DNA from: a virus
Taxonomy: Duplodnaviria > Caudoviricetes
IMG/VR virus record: IMGVR_UViG_3300016665_000422
Coordinates: 1 to 25,223 of that record
Length of the DNA stretch: 25,223 bases
Direction: 5' to 3' (one strand)
Part shown: positions 7,149 to 16,100 of the stretch, piece after piece
How positions within the stretch are numbered: the stretch's first letter is position 1
Layout: the number at the start of each line of letters is the position of its first letter
Translations under genes and position numbers: made by a program
The notes under the pieces: model-generated
Told to the model about the DNA's origin: nothing
What the model saw: the letters and a program-made list of their open reading frames with translations, nothing else
Database searches by the model: none

Positions 7149-8456
7149 ATGACAAATAAATGGTTATTAATACAGAATAAAGGAGAGATAGACATCAATG
7201 CTCTTATCCTAATGGGAGGATCAACTAAAAGAGATAATGAAAATGCTATTGGTTTTTTCGGATCAGGTAATAAGTATGCTATAGCACTAATGCTGAAAAA
7301 AGGTATAAAGTTTACTATGTACTCAGGACTAAGTGAAATACAAATAACAACTAAGCAAGTAGAGTTCAGAGATAAAAACTTTCAACAGATACTAATCAAT
7401 GGACAAGAAACATCATTAACTACTGATATGGGACCTCAGTGGGAATCATGGATGTCAATCAGAGAATGGGTATCAAACTCTATAGATGAAGGAGAAAGTA
7501 ATGTTATTACTGATACTACTATAAAAGATGGTAAAGAAGGATATACAAGAGTATATATAGAGCATCATCGAGATATAATAGAAGTAATAAATAATTGGAG
7601 TAAGTATTTTGCATTTGATCGAATAGATTCTATAGTAAGTAATCAAGATGGTACTATATATCCAAATATAGACCATGAAAAAAGCTCATTGCTACTATAC
7701 AGAAAAGGTATACAATGTTATCATATGCCTACTCAAAAAGCATTATATACATATGATATACCAGTACTACCAATTAATGAAAGTAGAGTGTTATCAAGTA
7801 CATGGGATGCAAGAGTATATATAGCAAAGTTCTTGAATAAAAATGCTACTGTAGAAATTGCTAGATATATACTATTTAATGGGGCTGTGAATAACTACTA
7901 TGAAAATCACCTAGACTATTCATATTGGATAACTACCAAGATGTGTGATAGCTGGAAAGAAGCTATAGGGGATAGAATTATAGTAAATAATGATGTTAGT
8001 GGATTCTTTATGAAAGAAATGACTGAAAATCCACATTATAGAGTATCAGTAGAACTAGCAAAGGCTATCAAGAAATCATTCCCTGAAATAAAAGTGTATG
8101 GAGTAGGTCAAGATGATAGAGGTAAATTAAATTGGAGAACTGTAGAAACTACTAAAAAGATAGACTACATGCTCAAACAAGCAACCAACTTCTGCAAAGA
8201 GATAGGATATAGTATAAACTATGACATAACAATAGTAGAATTTGATAAAGAAGATACTCTTGGACTAGCTCATAATAATAATATCTACATTGCTGCAAAA
8301 ACCTTTGATATGGGGATGAAAGAAGTAGTAATGACTATATTAGAAGAGTCAGAACATCTGAAAACTAAATACAAAGATGAGACTAGAGAATGGGCTACAC
8401 ACTGGATCAGAATGTATGTTACATCTAAAGAAGAAGCACACGGAATATTCCTTTAA
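7149..8456 (+). CDS. GHKL (HATPase_c)-like ATPase fused to a C-terminal zincin-like domain
   Basis: GGSTK..IGFFGSGNK ATP-lid motif, IREWVSNSID N-box, GYTRVYI; C-terminal LGLA..IYI..TILEESEH..DET. Confidence 0.7.
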   Translation: MTNKWLLIQNKGEIDINALILMGGSTKRDNENAIGFFGSGNKYAIALMLKKGIKFTMYSGLSEIQITTKQVEFRDKNFQQILINGQETSLTTDMGPQWESWMSIREWVSNSIDEGESNVITDTTIKDGKEGYTRVYIEHHRDIIEVINNWSKYFAFDRIDSIVSNQDGTIYPNIDHEKSSLLLYRKGIQCYHMPTQKALYTYDIPVLPINESRVLSSTWDARVYIAKFLNKNATVEIARYILFNGAVNNYYENHLDYSYWITTKMCDSWKEAIGDRIIVNNDVSGFFMKEMTENPHYRVSVELAKAIKKSFPEIKVYGVGQDDRGKLNWRTVETTKKIDYMLKQATNFCKEIGYSINYDITIVEFDKEDTLGLAHNNNIYIAAKTFDMGMKEVVMTILEESEHLKTKYKDETREWATHWIRMYVTSKEEAHGIFL

Positions 8457-8470
8457 TAACAATCAAAAAC
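8454..8470 (+). repeat. 17-nt direct repeat copy 2 (TAATAACAATCAAAAAC)
   Basis: Exact match at 7126-7142. Confidence 0.85.
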
Positions 8471-8479
8471 AAACTTATC

Positions 8480-8818
8480 ATGACAAAAAGAATCACAAAG
8501 AGCACACTAATTCTTGTAGGTGCTACACTAGGTACATGCACAGTATGTATTCCTGAAGTAAAAGCTAAACCTACACAAGAAGTAGTAGCTAAGTATATTA
8601 AGAATGGTAAATACTCAGCTACAGCATCTGAAGAACGTAAAAAAGAACTCATGAAGAATATCCAAGCTATAAGGGCTAAAATCAGAAAAGCTCATAGCAA
8701 ACAATGGGTACAGGTAGATGATAACACTAAGATGTACACAGATAATCCAGTATATCTGCTACAGGCTAAGAGATATCATGCACAGAACAGACTAATCAAC
8801 ACAATATTCAGTAAATAA
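8480..8818 (+). CDS. Basic hypothetical protein with hydrophobic N-terminus
   Basis: 112 aa ORF. Confidence 0.75.
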   Translation: MTKRITKSTLILVGATLGTCTVCIPEVKAKPTQEVVAKYIKNGKYSATASEERKKELMKNIQAIRAKIRKAHSKQWVQVDDNTKMYTDNPVYLLQAKRYHAQNRLINTIFSK

Positions 8819-8822
8819 TCTA

Positions 8823-8856
8823 TAGCACCCTGTAGGATAGATACCTACCAGTGCTA
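8823..8856 (+). terminator. Intergenic hairpin
   Basis: TAGCAC..GTAGG-ATAGATA-CCTAC..GTGCTA immediately after a stop codon; no U-tract. Confidence 0.45.
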
Positions 8857-8870
8857 ATAAAAACTGTAGT

Positions 8871-9083
8871 ATGAGCAAGAAAATAACAATAATGGTACCT
8901 TATGTTATAACAATAGACAAAGATGCCAAAAATGAAAAAGAATGTCTGGAACAAGCTCTACAATATATAGTAGAAGGTGTAACAGAAACTTGGAGTAGTA
9001 TGGGGTATAATGTAAAAAGACCAAATGTTACTAAAAAGAAACTCAAAGATATAAATAAAGTAGAACTGTCTAAACTGCAATAA
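8871..9083 (+). CDS. Hypothetical phage protein
   Basis: 70 aa ORF. Confidence 0.7.
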   Translation: MSKKITIMVPYVITIDKDAKNEKECLEQALQYIVEGVTETWSSMGYNVKRPNVTKKKLKDINKVELSKLQ

Positions 9084-9084
9084 G

Positions 9085-9270
9085 ATGAAGATTATCACGA
9101 TAAAAAACGGATGTTATAAAATTATAATAACTCCCGAAGATGCTATAGAAAAAGCTATATTACTAGAACTATCTAAAAACCCTGTAGAGATCATAGTACC
9201 AGATAGAATAGAGGTGTTAGACCAGAATCTCACAGACTCTGTTATTATAACTAATGTAAAGCCACAATAA
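9085..9270 (+). CDS. Hypothetical phage protein
   Basis: 61 aa, TAATG coupling to the next gene. Confidence 0.7.
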   Translation: MKIITIKNGCYKIIITPEDAIEKAILLELSKNPVEIIVPDRIEVLDQNLTDSVIITNVKPQ

Positions 9271-9521
9271 TGAGAATATATAGAGATGCAGATGCACAAG
9301 ACTGGGGTGGAAACTGGCCTCAAGAATGGATAGACAGATACAATAATGGTATGAAAGGTGGGTTCAAAAAGATATCTGGACCAAAGCAAGAAAAGAGATG
9401 TAATGCAAGTGACCATAATCCACCATCTCATGTAATACTGGAACCCGGACAATATGAGTATACATGTTCATCATGTGGACATACAACAACAATAAATGTA
9501 CCTGAAATAAGATATTTATAA
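9270..9521 (+). CDS. Small zinc-binding protein
   Basis: CxxxxH-NPPSH...YTCSSCG motif. Confidence 0.7.
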   Translation: MRIYRDADAQDWGGNWPQEWIDRYNNGMKGGFKKISGPKQEKRCNASDHNPPSHVILEPGQYEYTCSSCGHTTTINVPEIRYL

Positions 9522-9925
9522 TGAAAACCAGATACAAAATGAGCAGAAATGGATGGTCATATTCTCAACATGTAGATATAGACGGCAATCCTGTAGAGAG
9601 GCCAAGAGAGAAATATCCATACTCATATGACCCATATGTAATACACAAGAAAGGAGATAACTATAATGCTGTAGTATACTCAGACAGGTTGTGTCAGTGG
9701 AGCTATGATAAATATCAAAAATGCAAAAGAGATGTATGGGGTACAGAGTCTGACTACTTTGATGAAAAATCATTCTGTAGTCTGGAAAAGTTCCTACAGC
9801 TCTACATGGAGAACGATAATCTTGAACTAGTAGCAGTAACTCAAGGAGCTAATATGAGTACAGGATACCCATACTGGGTATTTTACTATAACACAAACGA
9901 TAGAAAAGATGAACACAAACATTGA
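9521..9925 (+). CDS. Conserved phage hypothetical protein (YPYSYDPY...YSDRL...GYPYW)
   Basis: 134 aa, TAATG coupling. Confidence 0.8.
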   Translation: MKTRYKMSRNGWSYSQHVDIDGNPVERPREKYPYSYDPYVIHKKGDNYNAVVYSDRLCQWSYDKYQKCKRDVWGTESDYFDEKSFCSLEKFLQLYMENDNLELVAVTQGANMSTGYPYWVFYYNTNDRKDEHKH

Positions 9926-10052
9926 ACATCTATATAACATAATGTCAGAACACTGGTTATTAACTCTATTCTTAGGGTTGATAGCTCTGTGTATATTAGA
10001 GATAATATGTAGAACTATAGTGTATATAGTAATGTTCTTAAAAGGTAAATAA
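9909..10052 (+). CDS. Small membrane protein (47 aa, MNTNIEHLY...VMFLKGK)
   Basis: Hand-translated; long hydrophobic stretch fills the gap. Confidence 0.6.
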   Translation: MNTNIEHLYNIMSEHWLLTLFLGLIALCILEIICRTIVYIVMFLKGK

Positions 10053-10065
10053 AAAAAACAAAGAA

Positions 10066-10269
10066 ATGAATAACATTAACTACGAGCAGGAGGTAAAAAA
10101 GATGTATCCTGATGCGTTTATAGAAATTGATACAAGTAGTATTGATAATGATATGGTATGTTGGGTTACTGATGGCAACGGAAATAGAATTTCAGATCTT
10201 TTTTGTGACTTGCAACCTTACTTATGGCAATCATCATACGAAATTCTCAAAGGACAAGGTAAAATATGA
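10066..10269 (+). CDS. Hypothetical protein with atypical (TT-rich) codon usage
   Basis: 67 aa ORF; ATT/TTT/CTT/TTG/TTA codons unlike neighbours. Confidence 0.7.
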   Translation: MNNINYEQEVKKMYPDAFIEIDTSSIDNDMVCWVTDGNGNRISDLFCDLQPYLWQSSYEILKGQGKI

Positions 10270-10427
10270 ACTCTAAAACAACTATATCATGGAATCCTAC
10301 ATGGAATCTAGAAGTAGACAAACCTTGTGATCTAATGCAATCACCGCATGGTAAATGGTTCATGATGAAAGTGAAAAGAGCATATGGTAAATACAAGAAT
10401 AAGAAACATAAGTGGTTGAAGAAATGA
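10266..10427 (+). CDS. Small basic hypothetical protein (53 aa, MNSKTTISW...KWLKK)
   Basis: Hand-translated; ATGA overlaps at both ends. Confidence 0.6.
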   Translation: MNSKTTISWNPTWNLEVDKPCDLMQSPHGKWFMMKVKRAYGKYKNKKHKWLKK

Positions 10428-10579
10428 AAACTAAAGAAAAGTTCCTATCTCTGGTAGATACCAATGATGATAGTATATTACAAAATATAGAAAGGCGTAA
10501 AAAGTGGAGATGGTTCATAGACATTAAGAACAAAATACTGATAAAATACTATATAATAAGAGACAAAATAATACACTAG
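10424..10579 (+). CDS. Small basic hypothetical protein (51 aa, MKTKEKFLS...DKIIH)
   Basis: Hand-translated; ATGA overlap; ends in TAG. Confidence 0.6.
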   Translation: MKTKEKFLSLVDTNDDSILQNIERRKKWRWFIDIKNKILIKYYIIRDKIIH

Positions 10580-10603
10580 TATTGCAATAAATAGAAAGAA
10601 GAT

Positions 10604-12766
10604 ATGAAGAAACAACCTACAGTATGGTATATAGGACCTAAAGGAGATTATAGCGAGAAAATAAAATTCACTACTATACAACATTGTTATGACTACTGTA
10701 AGGATAAGATGATATTGGCAGAGGATATAGAAACTTCATATCGATATCCATTAGGTACATTCAAAAATGAACATATATATCAACCGGGGTTAGATCCATA
10801 TCTTACTAATATTGTGATGTTGCAGATAGGAGATCTAGAAAATATCTTTGTTATAGATACCAGAACTACTAATATAACTCCTATACTACCATTATGGGAA
10901 AATAAAGATAGACTGTGGGTAGGAGCTAATCTTAGATTTGAAGCTAAACATCTGCTACATAACTACGGTATAATACACCATAAAATATGGGATATTATGT
11001 TAGTAGAAATGAATCTTACTAATGGAATGAAAATGTCTTATTCTTTAGCTGCTATGGCCTACAGGTATTTGGGAATAAAACCAGCAGAAGATATAGATCT
11101 TTTTACTCAACTAGAAGATGAAGAAGAATATATCAATAAATCTATTAGATTAGGGTTCTTGACTATAGGTAACAAACTATTCTCAGAGGCTCAGATATTA
11201 TATGGTAGTGATGATATTCTATACCCACTGGAGATAAAAAAGAGACAAGCACTAGGGTATAAAGGATACAATCCAAAAGAAGTACATCTACTGGAAAATT
11301 CATTCTGTCTGGTATTAGCTGATATAGAACTCAAAGGAATGGCTATAGATACTAAACTGTGGCTAGAAAATTATGAGAAGAATAAGTTATTATATCAACG
11401 TAGACTAGAAAAACTGAATGAATATGTAGAAAACAACCATATTGAGTTCTGTGAACCTCCTAGTCTGTTTAATACTAAGCCAAAATGCAAAATAGAGTGG
11501 ACAAGTAGTAAACAAGTAATAAAACTGTTCAAAAAACTAGAAATATGTCCACAAGAGAAAAGCAAACAAACTGGTAAAATAGAATATACTGTAGGTGCTA
11601 CAGCATTGGTAAAAACTCTCCCTAATGAATACAAAGAAAAATATAATAATGATGAAGAAACTGATATAATAGAGAAAAAAGATCTCATCCTAAATTATCT
11701 ATTATTATCAGCGACAGCACAGTCATGTACTACATTCGGAGAAGAATGGTTAAAGTATGTACATCCTATTACTGGCAGAGTACACAGCTCGTATAGACAG
11801 ATACTACACACTGGCAGAATAAGCTCTAATAGACCAAACCTACAAAATATACCAGGAGAAGAAGAGTTCAGAAAGTGTTTTATAGCTACTAAAGGTTATA
11901 AACTAATAAATGCAGACTATAGCTCTCAAGAATCCAGAGTATTAGCAGAAGTATCTGGAGATGAGAAAATGCTATCATTCTTTAATGAAGGACACCCTAT
12001 ACATAAAGATGACTTTCACTGCTTTGTAGGTAGTGCAATGTTCTCTATATTAAGAAATGAACCTAACCTAATAATCACTAAAAAAACACATCCTAAAGAA
12101 AGAACTATTGCTAAGACAATATCTTTTAAGACAGCTTATGGAGGTTCTGCACATACTATGAAAGATGACTTTGGAGTAGAAGAAGAAGTAGCTCAAGAGT
12201 TTATTGATAGTTATATGAATGCATTTCCATCACTAAAAGATTTCTTTGAAAAAGGTAAAAAACATGCTGTAGAAAATGGATATATAGATATAGCACCAGA
12301 CAGAAGATATTGGGAGAAGAACTTTGACAGAATGAAAGAACTTAATGAATCTATATGGAAGTTCTATCCTAATAACTATAAGGAACTGCCTAAAGAGAAA
12401 AAAGAGAAGGTAAAAAAAGAAATATATGAAAAACATCCTGAACTAAAAGAAATGTGGAAGGAGTATTTTGTAATGAAAGGAGACTTGGAAAGAGCTAGTC
12501 AAAACTACAAGATACAAGGGTTTGCAGGTGCTCAAACTAAAATGGCAGCTATACAGGTAAGAAAAAAACAAATAGCTAATGGTTGGAGAGATAAAATATA
12601 CCTTACAAATCTGGTTCATGATGAGGTTATAGCTGAAGCAATAGAAGGAATGGAAGAACAAGGTAGAGCTCTTATAGAAGACTGTATGGTAAGAGGAGCT
12701 ATGTTCTTCTGTAAAAAAGTAAAAATGAAAGCAGATGCTGTTAAAGTAGAATACTGGCATCATTAA
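10604..12766 (+). CDS. polA: Family A DNA polymerase with 3'-5' exonuclease domain
   Basis: Exo EDIET and YGSDD; TGRISSNRPNLQNIP; motif A ADYSSQESR; motif B RTIAKTISFKTAYG; motif C LVHDE. Confidence 0.96.
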   Translation: MKKQPTVWYIGPKGDYSEKIKFTTIQHCYDYCKDKMILAEDIETSYRYPLGTFKNEHIYQPGLDPYLTNIVMLQIGDLENIFVIDTRTTNITPILPLWENKDRLWVGANLRFEAKHLLHNYGIIHHKIWDIMLVEMNLTNGMKMSYSLAAMAYRYLGIKPAEDIDLFTQLEDEEEYINKSIRLGFLTIGNKLFSEAQILYGSDDILYPLEIKKRQALGYKGYNPKEVHLLENSFCLVLADIELKGMAIDTKLWLENYEKNKLLYQRRLEKLNEYVENNHIEFCEPPSLFNTKPKCKIEWTSSKQVIKLFKKLEICPQEKSKQTGKIEYTVGATALVKTLPNEYKEKYNNDEETDIIEKKDLILNYLLLSATAQSCTTFGEEWLKYVHPITGRVHSSYRQILHTGRISSNRPNLQNIPGEEEFRKCFIATKGYKLINADYSSQESRVLAEVSGDEKMLSFFNEGHPIHKDDFHCFVGSAMFSILRNEPNLIITKKTHPKERTIAKTISFKTAYGGSAHTMKDDFGVEEEVAQEFIDSYMNAFPSLKDFFEKGKKHAVENGYIDIAPDRRYWEKNFDRMKELNESIWKFYPNNYKELPKEKKEKVKKEIYEKHPELKEMWKEYFVMKGDLERASQNYKIQGFAGAQTKMAAIQVRKKQIANGWRDKIYLTNLVHDEVIAEAIEGMEEQGRALIEDCMVRGAMFFCKKVKMKADAVKVEYWHH

Positions 12767-12779
12767 AAACAACAATATA

Positions 12780-12968
12780 ATGAAAAAGTGGGAATACGAT
12801 GTGACAGATAGTGACTACTCTGTACCACAACTGGAAGAAGTTAAATATAGAAATGCTGAAGGGTGGGAGATGTATGCTGTACTGAAAGTATATGACTATG
12901 ATGATGACATATACATGTTCTACTGGAAAAGACAAGTAACAGTACTAACAGAAGAAGAAGAAGAATAA
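12780..12968 (+). CDS. Small acidic hypothetical protein (KWEY...GWE...YWKR, DUF4177-like pattern)
   Basis: 62 aa ORF; pattern similarity by eye only. Confidence 0.65.
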   Translation: MKKWEYDVTDSDYSVPQLEEVKYRNAEGWEMYAVLKVYDYDDDIYMFYWKRQVTVLTEEEEE

Positions 12969-12999
12969 CTAAAATCAATCACTAAAGTACAATATAGAG

Positions 13000-13010
13000 T
13001 GTATATTGCA
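13000..13010 (+). promoter_or_regulatory. Putative promoter box TGTATATTGCA
   Basis: Identical to 5474-5484; both are intergenic. Confidence 0.4.
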
Positions 13011-13036
13011 TACCCTCGTAAAAAGAAAGAACTAAG

Positions 13037-13210
13037 ATGGAACTATCAATAAAAGCACATGAAGGAGAAGATCATGTACAGGCTACTATAGTAATATCAG
13101 ATGATAGTACAATACATACTGCTATTAATGCAATGGTAAAACTATTAATAATAGCAAGCTACTCAGAAAAACAAATAGAAGAAGCTATTAAAGAACTATA
13201 TCAACAATAG
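13037..13210 (+). CDS. Small hypothetical protein (57 aa, MELSIKAHE...ELYQQ)
   Basis: Hand-translated; fills the gap. Confidence 0.65.
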   Translation: MELSIKAHEGEDHVQATIVISDDSTIHTAINAMVKLLIIASYSEKQIEEAIKELYQQ

Positions 13211-13214
13211 TAGT

Positions 13215-13487
13215 ATGGGTATAGGTAGTCTGGTAGAACTGATAGATGATAACTGGGGTAAAAGAGGACATGCAGGTGAGATATTCCCAGTAAAAGGACC
13301 TATATACACAGTAAGAGATATTGAAGATACTGATACTGGTCCTGCTATAAGGTTAGAAGAGATAATCAATAAAGAGTATCTATATCAAGATGGATATGGG
13401 GAAACCTGTTTTCTGATGAAAAGATTCAGAGAACTGGTACCACCTATAGATGTACAAGAGATGGTAGAACAATATGAACTAGTGTAA
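13215..13487 (+). CDS. SH3-like hypothetical phage protein
   Basis: IGSLVEL...IYTVR...IRLEE...F..KRFREL pattern. Confidence 0.75.
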   Translation: MGIGSLVELIDDNWGKRGHAGEIFPVKGPIYTVRDIEDTDTGPAIRLEEIINKEYLYQDGYGETCFLMKRFRELVPPIDVQEMVEQYELV

Positions 13488-13501
13488 AAAAAACTAATAA
13501 A

Positions 13502-14317
13502 ATGGGACTAATAAACATGTTATTCGGTAGTAGTACTACAGATAATAATAAGAAACAGTTTGACTACAGTAAGCTGGAGAAGATAGGATACACATCAAAA
13601 CCTAAAACTGTACAAGAGATAGTAGAAGAGATACATCACTCATTCAATACTGCAGCAAATAAGGCACTGGAAGAAGCTAATAGAATAATAGGCAATGCTG
13701 CAGAAATTGATCCTATTATAGATCAAATGAGAGAATGTGGTTTTAGTAATGTATCTAAAGTAAAGAAAGGTATAGAAGAGAAACAAATACTCAAGCTAGC
13801 TAAAGAAGAAGCAGAACTAATAACCTACTATCAGCAGACATATCCTGTGTATAAGTTCATAACAAAAAAGCAAATACAAAAGATATGTGAGAAATATGGA
13901 CTAGTATGGGGAAAATCTAATAGATATAAAGGAGATATACCTTATAAGAGTATGCATGAAATATCTACATTCAAGATAAAAAATCCTATTAAAGAAGAAG
14001 ACTGTGTATATTACAAAGAAATAAGTCATAGTACTTATATTTTTCCAAGTCAATATTCAGAGTATGAATATCAACAAGAAGCTATTAGAAATGGCTATAC
14101 ACCTAGTATAACTAGAATATACAAAGATACAACATTCACTATCTGTGCTCCTGTAAATGACATGGATATGACAAAAGCAGAACTCAAAGATCATAAAATA
14201 GTAGATATACCTGATCCTGTAGTACTGTATCCAGTACGTGGAGGAATGTATTGTATTGTATCTGCATGGGGACCAGAAGCGTCAGATGAATATGTAGTAA
14301 ATCAGAAAATGAACTAA
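13502..14317 (+). CDS. Conserved Bacteroidota-phage hypothetical protein
   Basis: 271 aa; ICEKYGL...YKGDIP...ICAP...PDPVVL...IVSAWGPEASD. Confidence 0.85.
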   Translation: MGLINMLFGSSTTDNNKKQFDYSKLEKIGYTSKPKTVQEIVEEIHHSFNTAANKALEEANRIIGNAAEIDPIIDQMRECGFSNVSKVKKGIEEKQILKLAKEEAELITYYQQTYPVYKFITKKQIQKICEKYGLVWGKSNRYKGDIPYKSMHEISTFKIKNPIKEEDCVYYKEISHSTYIFPSQYSEYEYQQEAIRNGYTPSITRIYKDTTFTICAPVNDMDMTKAELKDHKIVDIPDPVVLYPVRGGMYCIVSAWGPEASDEYVVNQKMN

Positions 14318-14318
14318 A

Positions 14319-14513
14319 ATGAAAACAGAGAAAAAATCTAAGAAAGAGAGTATTGATAGTACTGTCTATATATTCCATAGAGGAGATATGTGGTACCCTA
14401 TAGAACTAACTGATGATGAAGATGCAATAAAAAATGCTCTTTGTAATCCAGGTACAACTGCTGTAGAAAATACACAAACAGGACAGATAATATGGAAAGA
14501 TAAAATGAACTAA
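14319..14513 (+). CDS. Hypothetical phage protein
   Basis: 64 aa ORF. Confidence 0.7.
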   Translation: MKTEKKSKKESIDSTVYIFHRGDMWYPIELTDDEDAIKNALCNPGTTAVENTQTGQIIWKDKMN

Positions 14514-14515
14514 CT

Positions 14516-15016
14516 ATGGTGACAGAAAAAGAGTTTGATAGTATAGTACAGTATGTAAAAGAACAAATGCTCAAATATGAAGGAGTCTATGTTAACTACG
14601 AAGAATGGAAAGAACTAAATAAGAAAGGTAGAAAGAAAGCTGAGATAACTGGTAAATACGCAGAAGAATGGAAGAAGTTCTGGTCACAATGGCCCTCTAT
14701 GAGAACATTCGAATATAAAGGTAGAAAGTTCGTATGTAATAAACCATTCAAAGGAGCAGAAGAGAAGATGTATCAGAAATATGTAGCTATACTGGAGAAT
14801 AAGAAAGAAAATATCACACCAGAACAGCTATATGAATGTGCCAAGAAAACACTACTCTACTGTATGCAAGAAAGCTATAGAAGAGGTACTAATCAGATGG
14901 AATACCATAGTGGCATGGAGCCATGGCTAAACCAGCGTCAGTATAGAAACTGGTTACATATAGAGGTAGTAGAAGACTACTATAAACCAACAGTAAGTAG
15001 CTCATTAGATATATGA
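14516..15016 (+). CDS. Putative replication initiator / helicase-loader-like protein
   Basis: FWSQWP...EPWLNQR motifs typical of replisome-organiser C-termini; ATGA-coupled to the helicase. Confidence 0.55.
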   Translation: MVTEKEFDSIVQYVKEQMLKYEGVYVNYEEWKELNKKGRKKAEITGKYAEEWKKFWSQWPSMRTFEYKGRKFVCNKPFKGAEEKMYQKYVAILENKKENITPEQLYECAKKTLLYCMQESYRRGTNQMEYHSGMEPWLNQRQYRNWLHIEVVEDYYKPTVSSSLDI

Positions 15017-16089
15017 CGGAGTTTGAAGAAATACTAAAAGAAATAGAAGCAGGTAAGTCAGGTAAAAACTCATCTGTATCTATGGGGTTCCATAAACTGA
15101 ATAAGTATATAGGAATCAGAAAGAAGATAATGACATTAGTGTTCGGACCTACAGGTAGTGGTAAGTCAAGTCTCTGCTATGATGCATGGATACTCAATAC
15201 ATTCGATCAATGGATGGCTAGAAAGAAGCAGACTCCTGTAAAAGTTAAGCCTATATTGTTCTCATTCGAAAGAAGTAAGATATACACTAAGACAAAATGG
15301 CTATCTAGACAGATATTCAAAAGTCAGGGTGTTATAATACCTATAGGTAAGATACTAGGATGGTGGGAAGACAATAAACTGACACTAGATGAACATGATC
15401 TTATAGAGATGTGCGAAGACTATATCAATGAACTCATGGAATATGTAGATGTTATTGAAGGAGCACAAAATCCAACCGGATGTTATAAATATATGAAAAA
15501 GTATGCAGAAGATAATGGGAAGATAGAACATATATCTGAGCATAAAAGAATATATCTACCTAATAATGAGAATGAGATAGTGGTACCTATTGTAGATCAT
15601 ATAGGACTGACCAAGTTAGAGAGAGGTTATACTACCAAAAAAGAAGCTATAGACAAGCTGAGTGAATATGCACAAGAATGGAGGGACTTTTATGGATATA
15701 GCCCGGTATTCATAGCACAGCTAACAAGAGAATTAGGTAGTGCTCAATGGCAGAAAATGGGAGAATTTGAACCTACTATAGATCAAGTGAAAGAATCTGG
15801 AGCTCCGGGAGAGGCATCTGATCTAGTGTTATCTATATTCGATCCTATAAGGTATAATACAGGAGATATAGGCGGTTATGAACCTAAAATGTTCATTAAT
15901 CCTGAAACAGGAGATAAACCGTTTAGAAGTGTAAAGATACTAAAGAATACCTATGGTGCAGATGGTATAAGATGTGGTATGGTGTTACACGGAAGTACGG
16001 GAATGTTCAAAGAATTGCCTAGAAAAGATAAAATAACACCAGATCTGTATGAAAAAGTGATGTCAGGTATGTATTATCTACAAGATTAA
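15013..16089 (+). CDS. DnaB-like (SF4) replicative helicase
   Basis: Walker A GPTGSGKS, FSFE, IVDHIGL, AQLTR, KESG..GEASD, ILKN.YG. Confidence 0.9.
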   Translation: MTEFEEILKEIEAGKSGKNSSVSMGFHKLNKYIGIRKKIMTLVFGPTGSGKSSLCYDAWILNTFDQWMARKKQTPVKVKPILFSFERSKIYTKTKWLSRQIFKSQGVIIPIGKILGWWEDNKLTLDEHDLIEMCEDYINELMEYVDVIEGAQNPTGCYKYMKKYAEDNGKIEHISEHKRIYLPNNENEIVVPIVDHIGLTKLERGYTTKKEAIDKLSEYAQEWRDFYGYSPVFIAQLTRELGSAQWQKMGEFEPTIDQVKESGAPGEASDLVLSIFDPIRYNTGDIGGYEPKMFINPETGDKPFRSVKILKNTYGADGIRCGMVLHGSTGMFKELPRKDKITPDLYEKVMSGMYYLQD

Positions 16090-16100
16090 ACAAACAACAA

